Shown here: in pieces, positions 42,775-52,590 of the stretch | How positions within the stretch are numbered: position 1 is the first letter of the stretch | Layout: every line of letters begins with the position of its first letter | Assembly: GCA_965199715.1 (NCBI GenBank) | Contig: OZ241322.1 | Coordinates: 512,001-576,000 of the forward strand | Direction of reading: 5' to 3' | DNA: 64,000 bases | Source of the DNA: Vicinamibacteria bacterium | GTDB lineage: Bacteria; Acidobacteriota; Vicinamibacteria; Marinacidobacterales; Marinacidobacteraceae | Notes under the pieces: generated by a model | The model's input: the letters and a program-made list of their open reading frames with translations, nothing else | The model's database searches: none | Told to the model about the DNA's origin: nothing | Position numbers and translations under genes: made by a program

Positions 42775-42783
42775 GGTCACGCC

Positions 42784-43578
42784 ATGACCATGGACCGCGA
42801 AACCGAACGCCGGCCGCTGCGCGAGCGGTCAAGCGGCCAGCTCGGCCGACTGGCGGGCATGTTCCTGTCTCCGGGAGCCGTCTTCGAGTCCATCGCCGTC
42901 GCTCCGACCGTGGCCGCGGCCCTCGTCGCGACCAGCCTCGCCGGCGCGCTGGGCGCGACCGCGGTGAGCCGCGCCGCCGACGTCGACGCCATGGCCCGCT
43001 TCGCGTTCGAGCGGCAGCAGGAGGCGATGCCGGGCCTCGTCTCGCGCAACATGTCGGACGCCGATCGCGAGCGGGCGTTCGAGGCGGCGCGCACGGGACT
43101 CCGGATCAGCCGCAACTTCGCCCCGATCATCGGGGCGATCGGCGGGGCGGCGGCGCCGCTCGTCGCCTCGGCGGCGCTGCTGCTGGGGTTCGGGGTGCTT
43201 GGCGCCTCGGGAAGCTACCGCACGATCCTCTCCACCGTGACCCACGCCTGGTGGCCCGCCGCCGCGACCTCGAGCGTCCTCACCGCGGTCGTGGTCTGGA
43301 CCTCGTGGCCGATGGCTCCCGAACGCGCCGCCGCGCCCCTGCGAACCAGCCTCGCCGCGCTCGTCCCCGACGCCGACCGCGCCGCGGCCGCCTTCGCCGG
43401 CCGGGTGGAGCTCTTCCTCGGCTGGGAGATCGCGCTCCTCGGAATCGGCCTGGCCACGACCCTCGGCGTCTCGCGCAAGCTCTCGTTCGGCGCCGCGACC
43501 GCGCTCTGGGCGCTCGCCACCGCCGCGGCGGTCGGGGTCGCGGCCGCGACGCGCTTCATCGGGTTCACCGCGGCGTGA
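42784..43578 (+). CDS. Yip1 domain membrane protein
   Basis: FLSPGAVFESI, multiple TM segments, precedes a MacAB-like pair. Confidence 0.7.
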   Translation: MTMDRETERRPLRERSSGQLGRLAGMFLSPGAVFESIAVAPTVAAALVATSLAGALGATAVSRAADVDAMARFAFERQQEAMPGLVSRNMSDADRERAFEAARTGLRISRNFAPIIGAIGGAAAPLVASAALLLGFGVLGASGSYRTILSTVTHAWWPAAATSSVLTAVVVWTSWPMAPERAAAPLRTSLAALVPDADRAAAAFAGRVELFLGWEIALLGIGLATTLGVSRKLSFGAATALWALATAAAVGVAAATRFIGFTAA

Positions 43579-44834
43579 TCCGGAAGCTTCTCATCGGCGC
43601 TGCGGCGCTCGCATTGGCCGTCGTCCTCGTGTTCCTCAACGCGGAGCCCGCGGACGAGCGGCCCCGCGTGGAGGCCCGCACCGTCTCGCCCCGCGATTTC
43701 GTGGCCACGGTGGACGCCTCGGGGGTCGTCCGTCCCGGCGAGAGCGTGGACATCTCGGCCGAAGTCGTGGGCCGCCTCCTCGAGATCGCGGTCGGGCCCG
43801 GCGACGCGGTCGCGCCCGGTCACGTCGTCGCGCTGATCGACGACGCCACCCAGCGCGCGATCGTCGAGGAGCAGCGGGCCGTCGTCCGCGAGGCCGAGAC
43901 CGCGCTCGAAGGCGCCCGCATCGAGGAGGAAGACGCGCGGCGCGAGGCGGAGCGCGCCGCCCGGCTCCACGCCGAGGGCGTCGTGAGCGCCCGCGGCGTC
44001 GAAGAAGCCGAGGTCGCCCGCGACCGCGCCGCGAACGCCCGCAGCCGCGCCGGCCTGACCATCGAGCGGGCGCGCTCGGCGCTGCGCCGCGCCGAGGAGG
44101 ACCTGGCCAAGACCGTCGTCCGCTCTCCGATCCGGGGCACGGTCCTCGCGGTGGATCTGGAGCCGGGCGAGCTGGTCGTCGCGAGCAGCCAGAACCTTCC
44201 CGGGAGCAAGATCATGACTCTCGGCGGCGACGACGAGCTTCTCGTCGAGGCCGACGTCCCCGAAGTGGACGTGGTCCAGGTCGAGGAAGGTCAGACGGCG
44301 GAGATCACGCTCGCCGCGCTCGGGGACGCGACGCTTTCCGGCGAAGTGACCGAGATCCAGCGGGTCGGCCAGCGCGACGAGTCCGCCCGCCTCGGCGGCG
44401 CGTCTCCCGGGGCCGAGTTCCGGGCGCGCATCCGCCTTCTGGATCCGCCGGCGGCGGTGCGGCCCTCGATGAGCGCGCTGGCCCGCATCGAGACCGAGCG
44501 GCGGGCGGACGCGCTCGCGGTTCCCATCGGCGCGCTCGTCCGCCGCTTCCCCGAGTCCGCCGCGCCGACCCGCACCGTGGCCATCAGCGTCGGCGGAAGC
44601 GGCACGAACGTCTCGGGGAGCGCGACGCCGCAGGGCGCCGGCTGGCAGGTCGCCTTCGTCGTGAAGGACGGGCGGGTGGAGGAGCGCCGGGTCACGACTG
44701 GCCTTTCGGACCTGCTGGAGGTGGAGATCGTCGAGGGGCTGGCGGCCGGCGAGGACGTCGTGATCGGGCCGCCGCTCGTGCTGCGAACGCTCGAGGACGG
44801 GCTGGAGGTCGTCGCGGCGGGCGAGAGCCGGTGA
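43575..44834 (+). CDS. Efflux periplasmic adaptor (HlyD / MacA-like)
   Basis: ASGVV.P...VDISAEVVG, VRSPIRGTV, V.EVDV..V..GQ, EIVEGL..GE.V. Confidence 0.88.
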   Translation: MIRKLLIGAAALALAVVLVFLNAEPADERPRVEARTVSPRDFVATVDASGVVRPGESVDISAEVVGRLLEIAVGPGDAVAPGHVVALIDDATQRAIVEEQRAVVREAETALEGARIEEEDARREAERAARLHAEGVVSARGVEEAEVARDRAANARSRAGLTIERARSALRRAEEDLAKTVVRSPIRGTVLAVDLEPGELVVASSQNLPGSKIMTLGGDDELLVEADVPEVDVVQVEEGQTAEITLAALGDATLSGEVTEIQRVGQRDESARLGGASPGAEFRARIRLLDPPAAVRPSMSALARIETERRADALAVPIGALVRRFPESAAPTRTVAISVGGSGTNVSGSATPQGAGWQVAFVVKDGRVEERRVTTGLSDLLEVEIVEGLAAGEDVVIGPPLVLRTLEDGLEVVAAGESR

Positions 44835-46048
44835 TCCGCGAGAGCCTGCGGATGGGGTTCTCCTCCATCCGCCGCAACCCGCTCCGGTCGTTCCTGAGCA
44901 CGCTCGGGGTCGCGATCGGGATCGCGTCGGTGGTCGCCGTCGCGTCGGTCTCGGACGGGCTCTCCCAGTCGATCCGGGGCGAGTTCGGCGATCTGGGCGC
45001 CGAGTACATCACCGTCATGTGGAGCCCTCCCCGCGACGACGTGATCCGGCGGCGCTCCTTCCTGACGGTGGCCGACGGCGAGGCCGCGTTCCGCGAGGCC
45101 ACGGCCGTCGCGGCGTTCGATCCGGTGATGAAACTGCGGCCGACCGCCCGCCTCGACGAGGAGGAGCTGGAGATGGCCGTCGAGGGAGTGGGGCCGTCGC
45201 ACCTCGAGGTCGGGGGCAAGACGCTGGCGCGGGGCCGGTTCCTGAACCCGGGCGACATGAGCCGCCGCAGCCGCGCCGCGGTCGTGGGCGCGGGGGTCAT
45301 GGACGAGCTCGGCGGACCCGCAGACCCGGTGGGCGAGCGGGTGCTTCTGGACGGGGTCCTCTTCACGATCGTCGGCGAGCTCGCCCCGAAGGAGCGCGGC
45401 GCGTTCTCCATGGGCGGCGAGCCGGACGAAACGATCCTCGTCCCGGTCACGACCGCCGAGGACCGGTTCGGACGGGGACGCTCCACGCCGGTCCAGCTCC
45501 ACTTCCGCGCTCGCTCGCTCGAGGAGGTCGAACTCGCCGAGGAGCAGCTTCGCGAGGGGCTGCGCCGGGCGCGGGATCTGCCCGACCGGGCGGAGGACGA
45601 CTTCCAGATCCTCTCGCTGGACGCGCTCCTGAGTTCGGTCCGGGCCGCCGTGCTCGCGGTCGTGACCGTCGGCGTGGCGCTCGCCGCGATCAGCCTGCTG
45701 GCGGGCGGAATCGGCGTCATGAACGTGATGCTCGTGGTCGTACGCGAGCGCGGGCGCGAGATCGGGATCCGCAAGGCGATCGGCGCGAGCCACCAGCACC
45801 TCGTGCTCCAGTTCCTGGTCGAGGCGGTGCTGCTGTCGCTCTCGGGCGGCCTGCTCGGAGCCGCCATCGGGGCGATCCTGCGCCTGCTCGCGCCCGCGTT
45901 CGCCCCTTCCCTGCCCGTGGGCGCGCCGCCGCTCATGGCGTTCGCGGTGGCGTTCGTGTTCTCGGTGGCGGTGGGGGTGGTGTTCGGGATCTACCCGGCG
46001 GTGATCGCGGCGCGCCGCGAGCCGTGGTCGGCGCTGCGCTCGGACTGA
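44831..46048 (+). CDS. MacB/FtsX-family ABC transporter permease
   Basis: RSFLSTLGVAIGIASVV, GGIGVMNVML..V.ER.REIGIRKAIGA, FGIYPA. Confidence 0.92.
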   Translation: MIRESLRMGFSSIRRNPLRSFLSTLGVAIGIASVVAVASVSDGLSQSIRGEFGDLGAEYITVMWSPPRDDVIRRRSFLTVADGEAAFREATAVAAFDPVMKLRPTARLDEEELEMAVEGVGPSHLEVGGKTLARGRFLNPGDMSRRSRAAVVGAGVMDELGGPADPVGERVLLDGVLFTIVGELAPKERGAFSMGGEPDETILVPVTTAEDRFGRGRSTPVQLHFRARSLEEVELAEEQLREGLRRARDLPDRAEDDFQILSLDALLSSVRAAVLAVVTVGVALAAISLLAGGIGVMNVMLVVVRERGREIGIRKAIGASHQHLVLQFLVEAVLLSLSGGLLGAAIGAILRLLAPAFAPSLPVGAPPLMAFAVAFVFSVAVGVVFGIYPAVIAARREPWSALRSD

Positions 46049-46141
46049 CTTCCCCCGGCTCGAGCGGGGCTCCCCGCCGGAATTCGTCGGTCTCCAGCGC
46101 CGGCGCCTCGACGTCCACGCCGCGCGCGGCCGGCGACTCCG

Positions 46142-46435
46142 TCAGCCGCGAACTTCCGACGAACTGGAGAGGCGCGGAAACGAGTCCTTCCGCATCTGGC
46201 GCGCGTCGCGCCGCCAGGCGTCGAAGTGCACGCCGCGGGCCGCCATCGAGTCCTAGCGCTCGTTGAGCGCTTGCATGCGTCGCTCCCGGCGGGACGGCTG
46301 CCGGAACGAGGCGGATCGAATCGCCCTCCGTACGGCTTCGACCTTCGGAACGTTCCAGCGCCGCGCGAGCCGTTCGATCTCCTCGGCGGTCGCCAAGTCC
46401 AGCGAGAACGTCATCTTGACGGCAGGTTGGGCCAT
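46142..46435 (-). pseudogene. RHH antitoxin-like gene with internal TAG (46253-46255); no cognate toxin
   Basis: KMTFSLD...KVEAVRRAI; the frame continues past TAG as DSMAARGVHFDAWRR to TGA 46142. Confidence 0.6.
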
Positions 46436-46460
46436 GCCGTCACCGTAGAGTTTCGACGGG

Positions 46461-47799
46461 CTACTCTGGCGCGGTCCACGCCGGCCCCCGCAGCGACCGG
46501 CCCGGGAGCGCCCGGGTGTACTCCCCCTCGTCCACGACCGGGACGCCGTTGACCAGGACGTAGCGCATCCCAACGGAGTAGTGGAACGGATCCTCGAAGG
46601 TCGCCACGCCCCGGATCGTCTCTGGATCGAAGATCGCGAGATCGGCGAAGTGGCCTTCCTCGACCGTCCCGCGGTCCTCGAGCCGGAGGATCTCGGCGGG
46701 CAGGCCGCTGAGCCTCCGGATCGCCTCCTCCCAGGTCAGCAGGCCCTCGTCGCGGACGTAGGTTCCGAGCAGGCGCGGCACGGTTCCGAGGTGGCGCGGG
46801 TGCACCAACGGCGGGAGGTTCTCCGAATCCAGGTCGAGGGCCCCGCCGTCGGTTCCCCCGGCCACATACGGCGGCGCGAGCACGTGCCGGAGGGTGTCCT
46901 CCTCGTTGTTCCAGTCGATGACGACGCCCCGGCCCTCCTGCTCCAGCACCACGTCCATGAAGACCTCCTCCGGCGGCTGGCTGCGGATCTCGGAGACCTC
47001 CTCGACCAGCTTCCCGTTGACCTCGGGGTCGTCCACCCCGAGCCGGACCCGATGCCAGCCGATGTTGGCGAGGTAGGGCGGCTCGGTCACGAAGTCGCCG
47101 GCGATGCGCTCGCGCTCCGCCGGATCGCCGAGATGCGCCAGCATCGCCTCCGTTCCGCCCTCCTGCGCCCACGCCGGGATGTAGCTGGCGAGTCCGGTGA
47201 TGCCCCAAGTGTAGGTGTAGCTGTCGCCGGTGATCTCCACGCCTCGGGCGCGGGCCTCGTCGATGATCCCGAGGAAGACGTCGGCTTCGGTCGAGGAGGT
47301 CGAGTTGAGGTGGAAGAAGTGGATGCGGGCGCCGGCGGCCTCACCGATCGCGGGCGCCGGCGACCTCACCGATCGCGAGCGCCTCGCGGATGGCCTCGGG
47401 GTCGGTCCCGTTCATCGTGCGGGCGTGGTTCGCGAAGAGCCCGCCCATCGCCGCCGCCTCGCCCGCGATCGCCGCGAGCTCCTCGGTGGACATGTAGATG
47501 TTGGGCACGTAGCTCAGACCCGCCGAGACCCCGAAGGCTCCTTCCTCCATCGCCTCCCGCGTGAGCCGCAGCATCTTGTCCATCTCGCCGTCGGTGGGCG
47601 GGCGGGCCTCGTAGCCCATGACGTACGCCCGGACCGCGCCCGACCCTACGTAGGACGCGACGTTGATCGCGGTTCCGGTCCGCTCCACGTAGTCGAGAAA
47701 ACCGCCGAGCGTGTCCCACTGGTCCCCCACGATCCCCACGTCCGCGACGACTCCCGGCGCGCCGCGCCCGTCGAAGACCGTGCCGCCCCGGATCACCGC
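46461..47799 (-). pseudogene. N-acyl-D-amino-acid deacylase (amidohydrolase) pseudogene
   Basis: IRGGTVFDG..ADVGI, AMEEGAFG.S.GL.Y, HPR..GT.PR, DRG..EEG..AD; lacks the PGFIDxH segment; 25-bp duplication shifts the frame. Confidence 0.85.
47325..47374. repeat. 25-bp tandem duplication (1 mismatch)
   Basis: GCGGGCGCCGGCGGCCTCACCGATC / GCGGGCGCCGGCGACCTCACCGATC. Confidence 0.9.
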
Positions 47800-47801
47800 C
47801 G

Positions 47802-48176
47802 GAGGACCGTGCCTTCTGGGAGAAAAAGGCCTCGAAGGCGACACTCGCCTTGGCCGATGAGATGCTGAAGCCATTCCACGAGATCAATCGAGACTTGAAG
47901 CTGAGGTACACCAAGCAATATCTCGGTATGGAGCTGCGCGGGGCCGCATACAACTTTGTCGGTCTTGTACCGCAGAAAACCAATCTGGTCTTGCGATTTC
48001 GTCACCCTAAGGACGCCGACCTCGACCAGCGGCTCGCGGCGGAAGATCTGGAAACCTCCGCATACAACAAGCCCTGGGAGTACGGCATCAGCCTGACGCC
48101 GAACCAGTTTCGGGAGAAGAGAGCGCTGGTGAAGGATCTCGGGAGGTTGGCGTACGAGTACTACACCAAAGGCTGA
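47802..48176 (+). pseudogene. C-terminal remnant (DUF5655-like domain) of a restriction/nuclease-associated protein
   Basis: EDRAFWEKK...ALADE..LKLRYTKQYLG...NF...PQK; lower GC; no clear start. Confidence 0.5.
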
Positions 48177-48243
48177 CATCGGGGGTCCGACGCACGCTTT
48201 GGCTTTGCGCTCACGTCCGGCCCCCCGACTAGGATCGGGCGAC

Positions 48244-48612
48244 TCACTCCTCCTCCAGCGCCGCGCGCCGGAACAGCCACCCCGACCCGGCCCAGAAACC
48301 CGCGAAAACGTGGTTCGAGATCAGGATCTCCGGGATCGAACTCACCGGGACGAGGTGCTTGCCGATCATCAGCCCGTACCAGGCCACGAGGATCTGCGCG
48401 AACGCCGCCGCGAAGAGCGCGTAGGCGGTTCCCCGTGACCGGAACCGCGCCAGGGCTGATCCGACGAGCGCGGTGGCGATGACCCCGAAGTAGATGCGGT
48501 CGAAGGGATCGCCCTCGACGCCGATGAGGCCCACGGCCCCGATCACGACGAGCAGCAGGAGCCCGGTCGCGAACGCGGCCGCCGCGCCGAGACGGCGGGT
48601 TCGGACGGCCAC
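48244..48612 (-). CDS. Hypothetical membrane protein
   Basis: GAVGLIG.EG, ARFR..G.A, F...W..S.WLFRRAA; 4 TM. Confidence 0.7.
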   Translation of the reverse strand: MAVRTRRLGAAAAFATGLLLLVVIGAVGLIGVEGDPFDRIYFGVIATALVGSALARFRSRGTAYALFAAAFAQILVAWYGLMIGKHLVPVSSIPEILISNHVFAGFWAGSGWLFRRAALEEE

Positions 48613-49959
48613 CTACCGGAACCCGAAGATCAGCGGGAACAGCGTAGCGACGACCGCGCCCCACCCGGCGTAGACCAGCAGATACCCCATCTGCCAACGC
48701 TCGAGCGCCCCGAATCCCCTGCCCGAGTGCAGGAAGCGGGCGTAGAACCCCGCCGATCCGGCGAGGCTCACGAGCAGCACGAGGTTCTCCCCGAGCGCCG
48801 CGACTCGGTTCGGCGTGAATCCGAATTCGCCGATGCGTCCGAGGATCGCGCCGAGCGCGAGGAGGTCGGCGGCCAGCGCGGCGACTGCGAGCAGCAGCGC
48901 GAGCGCGTCGAACAGGCCGGGCGGCGCGGCCGGATCGCGGGCCGAGACGTTGTAGAGGATCAGGCCCGCCACGAGCACCAGCACCGCGTCGAACAGGATG
49001 AGCACCTCGCGCTCGATCCCGACCGGGTTGCCGGTGAGGAGACCGGTCGCGAGGAACGCGAGCAGCGCGAGCGTGAACAGCGGCGTGAAGATGCGGGCCA
49101 GCACCGGGGCCATGTTCTCGACGACGCTCTTCTTCATTTCGACGAGGCCCGAAGCGACGACGATCGCGCCGGCGACTCCGCACGGGACGATCCAGTTGCC
49201 GATGAGCCACTCGGCGTCCACGCCGATGGCCTCGAAGCTGAGCACGGTGACCGCGGTGAACACCATGCCGCCGAGCCCGATGAGCACGAGGTAGATGAAG
49301 AGTTCGCCCGAGAAGCGGACGAAATCCATGCGGGCGCCGCCGGCGAACCAGCGCCCGCCGGCGTAGGCGATCCCGACGAGCAGCCACGCGGCGATGGGAG
49401 CGTGGAAGACGAACAGCACCTCGGTGTCGCCGCCCGGCTGGAACGGCCAGAGGTTCGCGGCGAGCGCCACGAGCGCGAACCCGCCGCCCAGAAGCAGGAT
49501 CGTCCGCCGGCTCAGCTCCCGCTTCCACGCGAGGAACGCGGCGACCCCGGGAAACAGGAACAGGCTCATGTTCCGGGCGTAGAAGTGCCCGCCCGCGTCG
49601 TCGAAGCCAAGGCCGAAGAGGCTCGGGAGCTTGATGAGCGCCGCCGCGAGCACGGCGATCCCGAGGGCGACGAGGGGCTCCCGTCCCGCCGCCTCGGCGG
49701 GCGGCGGCGAGACGAGCTGTTTCCACAGCCGCTCCGAGTGCTCCCGGGCGAACTCACGGGAGATTTCGTCAAGGGCGCCCATCCGCTTGATGGCCACGAG
49801 GAACGCCTCGTCGGGCGTAAGGCCGGCTTCGGTGAGTGCCGCGATGCGCTCCCGCAGGTGCCCCTCCAGCTCCTCGGCGTCCGGGCCGCTGACCGCCGGG
49901 CGCCGCCGGAGGAAATCCCGCCAGCGGGCGATCAGCTCTTCGACCGGCGGGGCGTTCAT
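48613..49959 (-). CDS. Permease-prefix-domain membrane protein (PadR-associated)
   Basis: EELEGHLRE.I..L...GL..DEAFLVAIKRMG, ENMAPVL, GFTPNRVAALGEN. Confidence 0.8.
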   Translation of the reverse strand: MNAPPVEELIARWRDFLRRRPAVSGPDAEELEGHLRERIAALTEAGLTPDEAFLVAIKRMGALDEISREFAREHSERLWKQLVSPPPAEAAGREPLVALGIAVLAAALIKLPSLFGLGFDDAGGHFYARNMSLFLFPGVAAFLAWKRELSRRTILLLGGGFALVALAANLWPFQPGGDTEVLFVFHAPIAAWLLVGIAYAGGRWFAGGARMDFVRFSGELFIYLVLIGLGGMVFTAVTVLSFEAIGVDAEWLIGNWIVPCGVAGAIVVASGLVEMKKSVVENMAPVLARIFTPLFTLALLAFLATGLLTGNPVGIEREVLILFDAVLVLVAGLILYNVSARDPAAPPGLFDALALLLAVAALAADLLALGAILGRIGEFGFTPNRVAALGENLVLLVSLAGSAGFYARFLHSGRGFGALERWQMGYLLVYAGWGAVVATLFPLIFGFR

Positions 49960-50303
49960 GCGGGCACCGCCGACATTTCCGACCAGAGGCCCCGCAGCGT
50001 GTCCTCGACGATACGCCACTGGCGGCGTTGGGCCGCGAGCTGGGTCCGCCCGGACGGCGTGATCCGGTAGTACTTGCGCCGCCGTCCGCTCTCCGTTCTT
50101 TCCCAGCGGGCGGTCACGTGGCCCAGGCGTTCGAGCCGATGCAGGATCGGATACAGCATGCCGTCGGTCCACTGCAGCTCGCCGCCGGAGAGTTCGGCGA
50201 CGCGCTTCAGGATCGCGTAGCCGTAGCTGTCCGCCTCGGCGAGGATCGAGAGCACGAGGGGCGTGGCGGAAGCCGCCACGAGGTCCTTGCCGATGCCGTT
50301 CAT
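49956..50303 (-). CDS. PadR family transcriptional regulator
   Basis: SYGYAILKRV, GMLYPILHRLE, GRRRKYY.IT..G. Confidence 0.93.
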   Translation of the reverse strand: MNGIGKDLVAASATPLVLSILAEADSYGYAILKRVAELSGGELQWTDGMLYPILHRLERLGHVTARWERTESGRRRKYYRITPSGRTQLAAQRRQWRIVEDTLRGLWSEMSAVPA

Positions 50304-50342
50304 ACCTAGAGGCATTATGCGTCACGCCTCTAGGTATGTCAA
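50301..50342 (-). promoter_or_regulatory. Sigma70 promoter overlapped by a perfect 13-bp inverted repeat (putative PadR operator)
   Basis: TTGACA (50342-50337)-17 nt-CATAAT (50319-50314); CATACCTAGAGGC-N12-GCCTCTAGGTATG. Confidence 0.8.
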
Positions 50343-50866
50343 CCTCCCGAGTAGAACTTCGCGGTGCGGGCCGCCGCCTGGGCGGCCGCTTCGGGGTCCG
50401 CCCCGCCCTCCACCGCCGCCTGCTCCCATCCGGTGGCGCTCTCGTGGATGTCGGTCGGCGCCAACGACTCCCCGAAGTGCACGGCCAGTTCCCGGAACGA
50501 CATCTCCCAGCCCACGCCGGTCGCGGCCGGCCCGTACCGGTCCCAGTGCTCGGACGGGTTCGAGGCGTGGGTCAGCGTCAACCGGGAATCCGGCCCGATC
50601 TTCACCTCCACCCAGCTCACGTCGCCGCCGAACTCCCACGTGAGCGAAAGGCGCGACGGCGGCTCGCACCGGGTGATCCGCCCGCCCGCATTGCCCTCAA
50701 GCTGGAAGCGCCCGCCTTCCTCGAGGCGGACCGGCAGGAACCAGCGAGCGAGCCGCTCCGGGCGCGTGAGCGCGTCCCAGATGTCCTCCGGCGAACCCGA
50801 GAAGCACCGCGACAGCGTGACGAAGTGCCGCGCCCCGAGCGTGACCGAGCGCGTGAGCTCAGGCAT
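50339..50866 (-). CDS. SRPBCC / AHSA1 family protein
   Basis: DIWDALT.PERLARWF, GGRFQLEGNAGG.I..CEPP, GPAATGVGW. Confidence 0.85.
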   Translation of the reverse strand: MPELTRSVTLGARHFVTLSRCFSGSPEDIWDALTRPERLARWFLPVRLEEGGRFQLEGNAGGRITRCEPPSRLSLTWEFGGDVSWVEVKIGPDSRLTLTHASNPSEHWDRYGPAATGVGWEMSFRELAVHFGESLAPTDIHESATGWEQAAVEGGADPEAAAQAAARTAKFYSGG

Positions 50867-51815
50867 CGCCGGCGAGCTTCACCGCCTCGGGCACCGGGCG
50901 CAGATCGCGGACGAGGCCGAGCCACGACATGACGACGAGCGCGTAGTAAGTCGGGTCGAGCTCCCACCAGAAGAACCCCTGCCGGGTCGCCGCGGGGTAT
51001 CGGTGGTGGTTGTTGTGCCAGCCCTCGCCGAGCGTCAGCAGCGCGAGAACGAGGCTGTTGCGGCTGTCGTCGCGGGTCTTGTAGCGCTGGCGGCCCATCC
51101 GGTGCGCCGCCGAGTTGATGAGCGAGGTCGCGTGGAAGAGCGCCACCGTCGAGATGAAGAAACCCCAGACCAGCATCTGCGGCCCGGTGGTTTCGACCCC
51201 GGCGGCTCCGAGCGCCGATCCGAGCGCGTAGAGGCCCCCCGCGAGCGCCAGCGGAACCGCGGTGTCGAAGCGGTCGAGCAGGCGCAGTTCCGGATAGCGG
51301 GCGAGGTCCGACACGACGTCCAGCCGGGTCGGGAAGTTGGCCGGCGCGGTGATCCAGCCCATGTGGCTCCACAAGAAGCCGTGCTGGCGCGGCGAGTGGA
51401 CATCCTTCGGGCCGTCGGAATAGCGGTGATGGAGCCGGTGGTGCGCCGCCCACCACAGCGGCCCGCGCTGGACCGCCGACGCGCCGAGCACGGCGAACGC
51501 GAACTGCCCGACGCGCGACGTCCGGTACGTCATGTGCGAGAAGTACCGGTGGTAGAACCCGGTGATCGCGAACGCCCGGATCCAGTAGAGCGCGAGCGCG
51601 ACCCCCACCGCGGCCCAGCTCCAGCCCACGAGGATCGGGCCGAGGCACGCCACGTGAACCGCGATGAAGGGAAGGACGCGGGTCCACTCCACGCGCATCG
51701 CGCGCTCGCCGGAGATAGGCTCGTAGGACCAACTGTCGAACCAGACGGTGGCGATCCGCAGGAAGGACGCGGCCGCGCTCAGGAAACCGCTCGCAGGTTC
51801 GTCATCGGTGCGCAA
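50859..51815 (-). CDS. Acyl-CoA (delta-9-like) desaturase (start uncertain)
   Basis: His boxes HRYFSH, HHRLHH, GEGWHNNHH. Confidence 0.92.
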   Translation of the reverse strand: MRTDDEPASGFLSAAASFLRIATVWFDSWSYEPISGERAMRVEWTRVLPFIAVHVACLGPILVGWSWAAVGVALALYWIRAFAITGFYHRYFSHMTYRTSRVGQFAFAVLGASAVQRGPLWWAAHHRLHHRYSDGPKDVHSPRQHGFLWSHMGWITAPANFPTRLDVVSDLARYPELRLLDRFDTAVPLALAGGLYALGSALGAAGVETTGPQMLVWGFFISTVALFHATSLINSAAHRMGRQRYKTRDDSRNSLVLALLTLGEGWHNNHHRYPAATRQGFFWWELDPTYYALVVMSWLGLVRDLRPVPEAVKLAGDA

Positions 51816-51825
51816 CTATACGCCC

Positions 51826-52590
51826 ATGAACGCCGCGCTGGCCGGGCTCTTAGCCGTTTTCGGCCTCGCGTTCTCGCTGTGGCTGCTCAGCCTCGCGAAG
51901 CGGGACGCCTCCATCGTGGACATTTTCTGGGGCCTCGGGTTCGCGGCGCTCGCGTGGCTCTACCACGAGCGGACCGGCGCGGAGTCATTCCGCGCGGTCC
52001 TCGTCCCGGCGCTCGTCACGCTGTGGGGCGTCCGCCTGGCGGCGCACATCGGGCTGCGCCACCGCGGCGAGGACCCGCGCTACCAGGCGATGCGGCGGAA
52101 GTGGGGAGCGCGTTTCGGGGCGGTCTCGCTGTTCACCGTGTTCTGGCTGCAAGCGGCGATCATGTGGATCGTCGCGATGCCGCTGCTCCAGGCGCAGCTC
52201 GCCGACGCCCCGTGGTCGCGGCTCGACTGGCTCGGAACCGCGCTCTTCGCCGGGGGCTTCCTTGTCGAGGCGACCGCGGATCTCCAGCTCCGCAGGTTCC
52301 GCGCCGACCCGGCGAACCGGGGCCGCGTGATGGAGGGCGGCCTGTGGCGGTACTCCCGGCATCCCAACTACTTCGGGGACGCGGTCGCGTGGTGGGGCCT
52401 CGGCTGCCTCGCGCTCGCGACGCCGGGCGGAGCGTGGACCCTCTTCGCACCCGCGATCATGACGTTCCTGCTGCTGCGCGTGTCGGGGGTCCCGCTGCTC
52501 GAAAAGGGCCTCCGGGCGAGCCGCCCCGGTTACGCCGAATACGCCCGGCGCACGAGCGCCTTCGTCCCGTGGCCGCCCCGCCCCGCCTGA
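51826..52590 (+). CDS. DUF1295 (steroid 5-alpha-reductase-like) membrane protein
   Basis: SIVDIFWG, WGVRL, EDPRY, ADLQL, GLWRYSRHPNYFG. Confidence 0.9.
   Translation: MNAALAGLLAVFGLAFSLWLLSLAKRDASIVDIFWGLGFAALAWLYHERTGAESFRAVLVPALVTLWGVRLAAHIGLRHRGEDPRYQAMRRKWGARFGAVSLFTVFWLQAAIMWIVAMPLLQAQLADAPWSRLDWLGTALFAGGFLVEATADLQLRRFRADPANRGRVMEGGLWRYSRHPNYFGDAVAWWGLGCLALATPGGAWTLFAPAIMTFLLLRVSGVPLLEKGLRASRPGYAEYARRTSAFVPWPPRPA

Noticed and set aside
46253-46255. Amber read-through / pyrrolysine in the RHH gene
   Set aside because: TAG is an ordinary stop throughout the window; a CAG-to-TAG nonsense change in a toxin-less relic is simpler.
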